Source: Candidatus Magnetocorallium paracelense (GTDB taxonomy: Bacteria; Nitrospirota; Thermodesulfovibrionia; Thermodesulfovibrionales; Magnetobacteriaceae). From it: 64,000 nt of DNA. Shown here one piece after another: positions 56,866 to 64,000 of this stretch. Location: NCBI GenBank assembly GCA_029001845.1, contig JAREWP010000022.1, positions 33,678-97,677 of the forward strand, written 5' to 3'. Under the pieces are notes generated by a model. The model did not search any database. It saw only the letters and a list, made by a program, of their open reading frames with translations, and was not told the origin of the DNA. How positions within the stretch are numbered: the stretch's first letter is position 1; every line of letters begins with the position of its first letter. Made by a program: the position numbers and the translations under genes.

Positions 56866-58110
56866 ATGAAAAAAAAAAATCCCCTTAAGATATTGATCCC
56901 CAGATTCGATACCATGGGTGACATAATTCTTATAGAAGGATTGATCGAGTCATTAATTGCAAAGTTTGAAGAACCGGATATTACACTTCTTGTAAGAAGT
57001 GAATATGAGCAGTTGTATCATCTTTTCCCTCATAACCTGAAGTGGTTAACTATTTCTATACACCCATATATAATGCCTTCTATGCAAGATGTAAAAGAGC
57101 TTGTCCGACTCTTTAATAATATTTCTCAACATAGTTTCGACATGATTCTGATAACTACTTTCAACAGAACATGGATTGACGATATACTTGCTTCGAAATT
57201 TAAGGAGACCTATATTGTAGCCTTTGGTGAATATAAGCCGATAAAGGGAAGATATAAATGGATATACGATTACTTTGGTCTGCAAGTCTCTCTTCCCTTT
57301 GATAAGTGCGTGTCGGCCGACAGGGAGCTTCAAGAGACATGGAAATACTCTCTTTTTCTGGACGAATTGGATGGAAAATCAGTCGTTTTAAAACCTTCTC
57401 GCTTACATGTGGATTTGGAGCATACTGTAAAGGCTGAAAAAGTTTTGAATAGAAATACGATGAATAGGCGCCCTTTTTTTATCTGCCTACCTGGTGGAAA
57501 TATGAATATTCCCATAAAAATCTGGCCTTCAGAGAGATATGCGGCAGCAATATCTCAAATTGTAACCGATTATGATATGCTGCCTTTGATTGTTGGTCAT
57601 GAAAGTGAAAGCAGCACTGTTTTGAAACTATCAAACATGCTGACTAAAGAAAATATCGAGACGCATTATTGGATCGGCAAACCCGGAGAAATTCCGGTTC
57701 TCGCTGCATTAATACGTAAAGCGCAACTCTATTTTGGAAACGATACCGGTGCTTTACATCTTGCCTGTGCATTAGGCATTCCTTCAGTAGCCATTTTTGG
57801 CGGAGGCCATTGGCCCAGATTTCTTCCGGAAGGGAAAAAAAGCATAGGGGTCGCAGTCAGAACCCCCTGTTTTTCCTGCGATTGGGACTGTGCATTCGAA
57901 GACGCACCCTGTATACGACTCGTTACAGTCGAAGATGCTCTATTGGCAGTCAAAAAGGTAATGGATAACCATGTAGAATCTAACAGGATATTTTTTCCCG
58001 ACAGACTATCAATGGAGACAGAGTTTTATATGGAAAAGGCGTACAGAAAACATCTTGCTTTAAAGAGTGTTCTGAATGATACAATAGATAAATATGAATC
58101 TGAAAAATAA
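56866..58110 (+). CDS. glycosyltransferase family 9 (heptosyltransferase-like)
   Basis: About 414 aa. KILIPRFDTMGDIIL N-terminus and the distal GNDTGALHLACALGIPSVAIFGG are GT9 hallmarks. The ATG at 56848 is an alternative start but lies inside the family I repeat. Confidence 0.8.
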   Translation: MKKKNPLKILIPRFDTMGDIILIEGLIESLIAKFEEPDITLLVRSEYEQLYHLFPHNLKWLTISIHPYIMPSMQDVKELVRLFNNISQHSFDMILITTFNRTWIDDILASKFKETYIVAFGEYKPIKGRYKWIYDYFGLQVSLPFDKCVSADRELQETWKYSLFLDELDGKSVVLKPSRLHVDLEHTVKAEKVLNRNTMNRRPFFICLPGGNMNIPIKIWPSERYAAAISQIVTDYDMLPLIVGHESESSTVLKLSNMLTKENIETHYWIGKPGEIPVLAALIRKAQLYFGNDTGALHLACALGIPSVAIFGGGHWPRFLPEGKKSIGVAVRTPCFSCDWDCAFEDAPCIRLVTVEDALLAVKKVMDNHVESNRIFFPDRLSMETEFYMEKAYRKHLALKSVLNDTIDKYESEK

Positions 58111-58150
58111 AGATTGAAAAGATATAAAAACCTGAGTAGTTACAAAAAGT

Positions 58151-59236
58151 TTAACCCTTTAAAGCGATTGCTTTTTCTATTGTTTCTTTATTTATACCTC
58201 CCACCATTTTAACTCTCCCTATCTCCTCAGGCAGAACAAAACGAATATCGCCTGACAAAACTTTCTTATCAATGGACATCGATTCCATAAGCATATCCGC
58301 TGAAATATCGGGAGGTGTCTCATAGGGAAGTTCGTAAGCATCTATCAGCTCTCTTATTTCATTGAAAGCCTCATATTCAAGCATAGACAGTAAAGAGGCG
58401 ACTCCGGCTTCAATATACATTCCAATAGCAACCGATTCTCCATGTAAAAATTTCTTGTAACCTGTAGATGTCTCGATTCCATGGCCTACGGTATGACCAA
58501 AATTTAGTACTGCCCTTAATCCTGCTTCTCTTTCATCTTTTGATACAACTTCAGCTTTAATTTGACAAGAACGGCCGATAATATGCGTTATGGCGTCATG
58601 TTCCAGAGAAAGAACGGCCTGACGGTTGTCTTTTAAATAGGAAAAAAATTTTTTATCCCAAATTACTCCATATTTTATTACTTCAGCCATCCCTGCTCTA
58701 ATTTCCCTGTCTGGAAGAGTATCCAGTGTATCAACATCTATTAATACGTAGCGGGGCTGATAAAAGGCGCCTATCATATTCTTGCCAAGATAGTGATTAA
58801 TGCCGGTTTTCCCGCCTACAGAACTGTCTACCTGAGACAGGAGAGTTGTGGGTACCTGTATATAATCGATACCTCTCATATATGTGGAAGCTGCAAAACC
58901 TGTTATATCACCGATTACACCACCGCCCAGAGCAATAAGAACGGACTTCCTGTCCAACCTCTGCTTAAGCAGCTCGTTCATTATGTAATCATACCATGCA
59001 GAGTTCTTATACTCTTCTCCATCGGGAATCAACAGAAAAGTGACATCGTAATCATAGTTTTTAAGGGAGTTAATAACAGACTCTCCGTACAAATCGAAAA
59101 CAGTAGGGTTGCTGACTATAACCGGTTTATTTGAAAAAGAGAAATCCCTCAGTATTCTTCCAATAGTAGTAAGATTTCCTTTATCAATGGCAATTTTATA
59201 ACTTCTTTCGCCTAAATTTACATCTATCTCTCTCAT
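58151..59236 (-). CDS. aroB: 3-dehydroquinate synthase
   Basis: 361 aa. GGGVIGDITGFAASTYMRGIDYIQVPTTLLSQVDSSVGGKTGIN, HGESVAIGM. Confidence 0.95.
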   Translation of the reverse strand: MREIDVNLGERSYKIAIDKGNLTTIGRILRDFSFSNKPVIVSNPTVFDLYGESVINSLKNYDYDVTFLLIPDGEEYKNSAWYDYIMNELLKQRLDRKSVLIALGGGVIGDITGFAASTYMRGIDYIQVPTTLLSQVDSSVGGKTGINHYLGKNMIGAFYQPRYVLIDVDTLDTLPDREIRAGMAEVIKYGVIWDKKFFSYLKDNRQAVLSLEHDAITHIIGRSCQIKAEVVSKDEREAGLRAVLNFGHTVGHGIETSTGYKKFLHGESVAIGMYIEAGVASLLSMLEYEAFNEIRELIDAYELPYETPPDISADMLMESMSIDKKVLSGDIRFVLPEEIGRVKMVGGINKETIEKAIALKG

Positions 59237-59748
59237 TGTGAACCTATCCTGCCGATATTCTCAATAATTTCCTCAGCAATCATTATAGGAGATCGATTAT
59301 TCGTATCAACTATAATATCTGCTTTTTTATACAAAGGCTCTCTTTGCTCAAGAAGAGTGTTCAGTTTGTCTAAAGGATTCTCTACATTTAAAAGAGGCCT
59401 GTCATCATTTGCTATAGTACGTTCAATAATTGTTTCAGGTATGGCAGTAAGATTTACGATAATACCGTTTTCACTAAGTGTATCTATATTCTCATCCCTA
59501 AGAACAATGCCTCCTCCTGTCGAAATAACAACTTTTTTATTTTTTGCAGCTTTTATAGCCATTTCGCTCTCGATATCCCTAAATCTTTCCTCTCCGTACT
59601 CTTCAAATATTTCCTTGATTTTAAGACCCTCCTGTTTTTCGATCTCACTATCCATATCTATGAATTTCAACCCCAGTTTTTTGGAAAGTACTCTTCCCAC
59701 CGTTGTCTTACCGGTTCCCATGATACCTGTAAGCACAATATTTTTCAA
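59233..59748 (-). CDS. aroK: shikimate kinase
   Basis: 171 aa. Walker A GIMGTGKTTVGRVLS, FIDMD, ISTGGG. Overlaps aroB by 4 nt. Confidence 0.95.
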   Translation of the reverse strand: MKNIVLTGIMGTGKTTVGRVLSKKLGLKFIDMDSEIEKQEGLKIKEIFEEYGEERFRDIESEMAIKAAKNKKVVISTGGGIVLRDENIDTLSENGIIVNLTAIPETIIERTIANDDRPLLNVENPLDKLNTLLEQREPLYKKADIIVDTNNRSPIMIAEEIIENIGRIGSQ

Positions 59749-59780
59749 TTTTTCCTCCTTCTATTTAGAAATTATAGATT

Positions 59781-59925
59781 AATACCATTAACTTAAGGAG
59801 TGAAGCATCTTCCGATGAAAGCGGGTCATGTTTGAGAAGACGCAGCGAAGCGGAGCCTTCAAGTTTAGCCGGTGAAGGCGGGAAGAGCTTTGCTCCTTAA
59901 GTTAATGACATTGAATTATAGATAA
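59781..59925 (-). repeat. family B palindromic element, copy 2
   Basis: The reverse complement aligns end to end with 11217-11345, with one 6-nt indel and scattered substitutions. Confidence 0.9.
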
Positions 59926-59935
59926 CAAAAAGACC

Positions 59936-60598
59936 TTAAGAGAGACTGCAACTGCAAGAGCATGCGCAGCCTCGTGATTTTTCAAATGCCTCTTTGCCCT
60001 CTTTAAAAGAAAAAAAGGCAATGGCAATTGCTCCGAGCGAGTCGATATAGCCTATACCTGTCAGCTCATAACCGACACTTGCTATGAGCAGTGTAAAAGA
60101 GAGCATCATACATGTTTTTGTACAGGCGGCGTCAGCGTAAAGCGCTTTTGATCCCAGTCTGCTTGCAGTGATGAGTTTATAATGAATAAGAAGCCACATA
60201 GAGGCAATGCTTACAATAGAAATAATGATACCCCAAAAAGTTGTTTCCGGTTTTTGTCCTGAAAAAATATTTAGTATTGCAGATATAATCAGACCTGCAA
60301 AAAGTATATAAAATGCAGTACCTGTAATTCTCAGCGCCTGTCTTTCAAAAATATCGGAATTTGTTTCTACTGAAAGTCCTTGCTTTTGTATTCTGATTAT
60401 CATATGCCATATGCCTATGCCTGATATTACTTCTACAAAAGAATCCAGACCGAAACCAAAAAGAGATATGGTTTCGTCTTCAAAACCTAAAAAAACAGAA
60501 ACCAAGCCTTCGAAAAAATTATAGAATATTGTAATGCAGGCGAGTATATAGGCGAGTTTGTATAATTTTCTTATATTATTGTCAACAGAGTCAATCAT
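59936..60598 (-). CDS. cation-efflux-like membrane protein (CDF transmembrane domain only) with a Cys-rich tail
   Basis: 220 aa, six TM helices. FNFFEGLVSVFLGFEDETISLFGFGLDSFVEVISG resembles the CDF TM1-2 region. C-terminus: GCACSCSCSLS. Confidence 0.7.
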   Translation of the reverse strand: MIDSVDNNIRKLYKLAYILACITIFYNFFEGLVSVFLGFEDETISLFGFGLDSFVEVISGIGIWHMIIRIQKQGLSVETNSDIFERQALRITGTAFYILFAGLIISAILNIFSGQKPETTFWGIIISIVSIASMWLLIHYKLITASRLGSKALYADAACTKTCMMLSFTLLIASVGYELTGIGYIDSLGAIAIAFFSFKEGKEAFEKSRGCACSCSCSLS

Positions 60599-60605
60599 TT
60601 ACTTC

Positions 60606-60749
60606 TTAAGAAAGCTCTTTTTTATTATCGCAAGATGATCCCTCTGACCCGCAGGAACACCCTCCTTTTTTTTTGAAAACAGATTTATATTTCAGATATA
60701 TCAAACCACCTGCAATAACTACAAGAAAAATCGTGTCCGTTAAAGCCAT
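60606..60749 (-). CDS. FeoB-associated Cys-rich small membrane protein (47 aa, below the ORF-track cutoff)
   Basis: My translation: MALTDTIFLVVIAGGLIYLKYKSVFKKKGGCSCGSEGSSCDNKKELS. Strong RBS gaggagg. The layout (one TM helix, a basic stretch, then a Cys-rich tail) matches that family. Ends 7 bp upstream of the cation transporter gene. Confidence 0.6.
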   Translation of the reverse strand: MALTDTIFLVVIAGGLIYLKYKSVFKKKGGCSCGSEGSSCDNKKELS

Positions 60750-60880
60750 AAATAAACCTCCTCTCGGGTTAAACGAATGACATCTCCGCAGTTAGCTGCT
60801 TTCGAAGCAAACAACTATAAACCTCCGGATTATTACAAAGCATGAGAATACTAAAGTATAGGAAGAACACTATATATTTT

Positions 60881-60947
60881 AACCGCGAAGATCACTAAGG
60901 GCACAAAGATTTTTATTTTTCTTTATGCCTTTCATGATCTTCGTGGT
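60881..60947. repeat. family D hairpin, degenerate cargo-less copy
   Basis: Left arm aaccgcgaagatcactaagggcacaaag, loop atttttatttttc, right arm tttatgcctttcatgatcttcgtggtt. Confidence 0.75.
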
Positions 60948-61035
60948 TATTTAAACAAAGTTTTTAGGTCTTACTTTCGGGAGAACTAATGACTACCTTT
61001 ATGATAACAAATAGATTTACAATTTTTCGAGTATA

Positions 61036-64000
61036 TTAACTATAAAAGATCCATGAATCGAACCATCTTAAGTAATCCGATGCATAGTCTTTATCAACAA
61101 CCAATCCTGACAGGAGAGGGTAAAATATAAGGAATAAAAGAAATACAACAATAAGATAACCTGACATAAAATATTTTGTTCCAGGATATAGTTTTTTAAA
61201 CTTACTGTAAACATAGACGATAGAGAGTATAAGAAAAGGAACAGAGGCGAAAAAATGGTAGATAAAAGTAAGTCTTGAAACAGAAATCCAAGGCAAATAC
61301 TGAAATACAAAAGCAGTAAATATTACTACCATACCGGCTTCGGTCTCGTTAAACTCTCTACTTTTAAGCGAATAAACAACAAAAAAGAAAGCTGCCAATA
61401 CAGCCGGAACTCCAGCCCACCAAACAGCAGGATTTCCCATTGAAACAATAGTTGAAATCTTTCCTTCCGGCAAATTGTCCTGCCCTGTATAATACCACAC
61501 AGGCCTTTTTATCAATGGCCACTCCCACCATTGTGAAGAGAAAGGATGATCGGCCTTTAAGTTTTTGTGATAATTAAACATATGGATTTGATATGTTACC
61601 ACATCGACCGGATCGTGTCCCGGACCCGGCGCCATCATAAACGGTATGTAGGACAAAAAATATACAGTTATTGGCAGAAGCATAAAAAACAATACAGCGA
61701 TAATGAGTAAACTTTTATTTGAGTAGATAAATAATAAAAAAGAATTTTCTTTCTGTCCGTCACTCCGGTTTCTCTCTCTGTATTTTATAAAAAGAATCCA
61801 GAAAAACAGAATTCCCAAACCTGCTCCTGCATAAAGGGAAATCCACTTACATGCAACACCAAATGAAAATGAAGCACCGGCAAGGGCGAGAAAAACTCTG
61901 CATCTGTAATAATCTCTATCGTAAAGAGACTTCATGACGAATTTATACATAAAAAAATACATAAGAAGAATATAAAAAACTGAGTAAACCGAGATTGTTG
62001 CAATCCTGGACTCCACAAAATGCATAAATTCAAAGGTCATTAAAAAAGCTGAAATAAAAGCGTATTCTTTCTTTCCAAAAAGCTCTTTTCCAAAGATGTA
62101 GATAACGGGAATCATTGCGGCGCCAAAGAGCAGACCGATTATCCTCCATCCAAAAGGATTCATTCCAAACAAGAGGATACCAAGAGAGATAAACAACTTA
62201 CCAAGAGGCGGATGGGTTGATTCAAAGGGCTCAATTTTCAGGATATGCTCATATCCTGTTCTTGCATGATATATCTCGTCAAAATACATGCCTGTCATGA
62301 AAGTGGGTCTGTATTCTATCAGATGTTGCTCGTCAAAGAGATTATCTATATTGCCTGACGAATAAGGACCAAGACCCAGAGAGAAAATTCCTGAGATTTT
62401 ATAAGACACTTCATCTGTCAGAGAGGCGGAAAATTGAGAAAAACCAAGCTCATAAAGAGTTGCACCGGGAGTTTTCGATGTTATCTTTATAAAGGCGGCT
62501 TTAAAATCTGTTTCAAGAAACTTCCACTCGAATATATTGTTACTACTAATAACGTCGCCTCTATTCCAATTAGTTAAATCGGTTGAATAATCTACATTGA
62601 ATTGTCCGTTTCCAAGCCCGCAGTAATAGTAAATTCTTTTAATGTCTCTTATTTCGCCAAAATCAATATAAAAACCTTCTCCTATGGAAGAGGGCTTCCA
62701 GTAGGTTTCCGGTGTTCTCATTGAACCGAATCGAAAGAGGGCGATTAATAAAAAAATCCCTGTCAGTATTGCAATCAAAATTATATCACCTCCGGTATAA
62801 TTTGTTTTTTCTTTATATCGTCTCTCTCTCTTTTGAACATTTAAAAATCTATTATCTCCGACAGATACATCAGCAGCGATTTTATCACTCTTTAAAAGTA
62901 TGTTAAATATGACTTTAAGGGTATACAGGAAAGTAATAACATTTACAATGGAAACAGAAATCACAACAGGATCTAAGCCCTTAATATGATAGACGCCGGA
63001 AAGACTTTTTTGAAATATAAATCCAACATTAATGAAATCAGTTAAAGTATAGATGCACAGTATTGGAAACAGGCGTCTGTCTCTGAAAAAAATGAGACAA
63101 AAAAACAGTAAAATAAAAAAGGGGTATAAATATCTTTCGTGCATCTTTGCCGAAAGAATAAAGACAGATAAAACTGTAAAGGCGGCTATAAGAAAAAGCT
63201 TACCCTCCCCCATTCCTTTAAAATAAAGAATAAAGGCTGTAATGACTATAATAAGTAGAAACATGATGCTCCATGTACTATAAGATACAAACAAAAGCTT
63301 TTCATTTATCGGAACCCAGTTACCACCTGTAAGCGCAAATAGATTAAAAGCGTTTAAAGAGGCATATGAATAAGAGGTAAGCATATTTTGAAACAATACA
63401 AAAAAACCGTTAAATCCCCTTGAAAGTAAAACAGGGAGGATCATAATAAAAAAAACGGCTGAACCTGCTATAAAAGAAATTACTGTATCTTTTATGTTTC
63501 TATTTAACAGAATTACAAATAGTAATAATGGTGCGAAAATAAGTGTTTGAGGTTTAATTGACATCGATATGGCGAACAAGGCTGTGGCAGGTGCTGATTT
63601 CCCGAAATGAAGCATCAGTAATGAAAGTATAAGAAAAAATGTAAAAAATGAATCTGCCTGCCCCCATAGAGAGGAATTCAGAATGATCTGGGGACTAAAA
63701 GCGTATAATAGAGAAAGTCCAACTGAAGCAGATGATCCTGCGCGGCTTTTTGTAAATCTGTAAAGTATATAAGCTGTAGCAATATCGGTAATAATGGATG
63801 GTAGTCTGAGCATCACAGGAAAAAGATCGGATTTTGTAATGAGAGAAAAAAGATATCCTCCTTTGCCGATAATATAAAGAATATATATATATCCCGGCAG
63901 GTAATCTATAAATAGCTCACCCGAATAGATATGTAACAAGCCCTTTGAAGCAGCAATGTTTGACCAGGCTGCAAAAGTTCCTGTATCTATAGGGTGCCCG
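61036..64000 (-). CDS. giant polytopic glycosyltransferase (5-prime end outside the window): N-terminal GT-C module, central discoidin-like domain, C-terminal PMT/GT39-like module
   Basis: The frame is open to the window edge (GHPIDTGTFAAWSNIAASKGLLHIYSGELFIDYLPGYIYILY...). The first ~370 aa are multi-TM. The middle is YWKPSSIGEGFYIDFGE...YELGF. Then DEIYHARTGYEH...ESTHPPLGKLFISLG, typical of phospholipid-carrier-dependent (PMT-like) transferases, with more TM helices to the end. Confidence 0.8.
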   Translation of the reverse strand, partial: GHPIDTGTFAAWSNIAASKGLLHIYSGELFIDYLPGYIYILYIIGKGGYLFSLITKSDLFPVMLRLPSIITDIATAYILYRFTKSRAGSSASVGLSLLYAFSPQIILNSSLWGQADSFFTFFLILSLLMLHFGKSAPATALFAISMSIKPQTLIFAPLLLFVILLNRNIKDTVISFIAGSAVFFIMILPVLLSRGFNGFFVLFQNMLTSYSYASLNAFNLFALTGGNWVPINEKLLFVSYSTWSIMFLLIIVITAFILYFKGMGEGKLFLIAAFTVLSVFILSAKMHERYLYPFFILLFFCLIFFRDRRLFPILCIYTLTDFINVGFIFQKSLSGVYHIKGLDPVVISVSIVNVITFLYTLKVIFNILLKSDKIAADVSVGDNRFLNVQKRERRYKEKTNYTGGDIILIAILTGIFLLIALFRFGSMRTPETYWKPSSIGEGFYIDFGEIRDIKRIYYYCGLGNGQFNVDYSTDLTNWNRGDVISSNNIFEWKFLETDFKAAFIKITSKTPGATLYELGFSQFSASLTDEVSYKISGIFSLGLGPYSSGNIDNLFDEQHLIEYRPTFMTGMYFDEIYHARTGYEHILKIEPFESTHPPLGKLFISLGILLFGMNPFGWRIIGLLFGAAMIPVIYIFGKELFGKKEYAFISAFLMTFEFMHFVESRIATISVYSVFYILLMYFFMYKFVMKSLYDRDYYRCRVFLALAGASFSFGVACKWISLYAGAGLGILFFWILFIKYRERNRSDGQKENSFLLFIYSNKSLLIIAVLFFMLLPITVYFLSYIPFMMAPGPGHDPVDVVTYQIHMFNYHKNLKADHPFSSQWWEWPLIKRPVWYYTGQDNLPEGKISTIVSMGNPAVWWAGVPAVLAAFFFVVYSLKSREFNETEAGMVVIFTAFVFQYLPWISVSRLTFIYHFFASVPFLILSIVYVYSKFKKLYPGTKYFMSGYLIVVFLLFLIFYPLLSGLVVDKDYASDYLRWFDSWIFYS

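Overview
64-kb chromosomal segment of an AT-rich Gram-negative bacterium. The didermic call rests on lptD, asmA, rlpA and wza. The many PAS/histidine-kinase, sigma-54 and MCP genes resemble Desulfobacterota-like anaerobes, but that taxonomic guess is inference only. I support 46 protein-coding genes.

Housekeeping genes: hslVU, miaB, glgC, aroB-aroK, an FKBP isomerase and comEA.

Cell envelope genes: a wza / HEAT-lipoprotein / wzc / cpsB operon followed by a separate wzx flippase gene, lptD, asmA, mscS, a GT9 transferase, an isolated pseG, and a very large double GT-C glycosyltransferase that is truncated at the right edge.

Signalling genes: seven sensor kinases (two of them REC-kinase hybrids), one sigma-54 NtrC-type regulator, and two MCPs. 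One kinase and one MCP share a CxxCH DUF3365-type sensor domain.

Other notable genes: a fused ArsS-ArsM arsenic methylation / radical-SAM protein, an Rpn (PD-(D/E)XK) transposase-like gene, and a pair of large secreted surface proteins (tail-fibre-like; BACON/LamG/CARDB).

I found no rRNA, tRNA, CRISPR array or prophage.

The most unusual property is in the non-coding DNA. Most of the larger intergenic gaps (about 150 bp or more) that I examined carry one or more members of at least eight families of long, imperfect, modular palindromes, many built from 7-8 nt periodic units. One of them carries a complete GxxExxY (PD-(D/E)XK-like) ORF in its loop, while cargo-less and half copies of the same hairpin lie elsewhere in the window. 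I consider this hairpin-borne-gene architecture the best candidate for an under-described system here.

A canonical sigma-54 promoter abuts a (CAGA)14 microsatellite upstream of the surface-protein cassette.

All functional calls come from motif recognition by eye. No searches were run.
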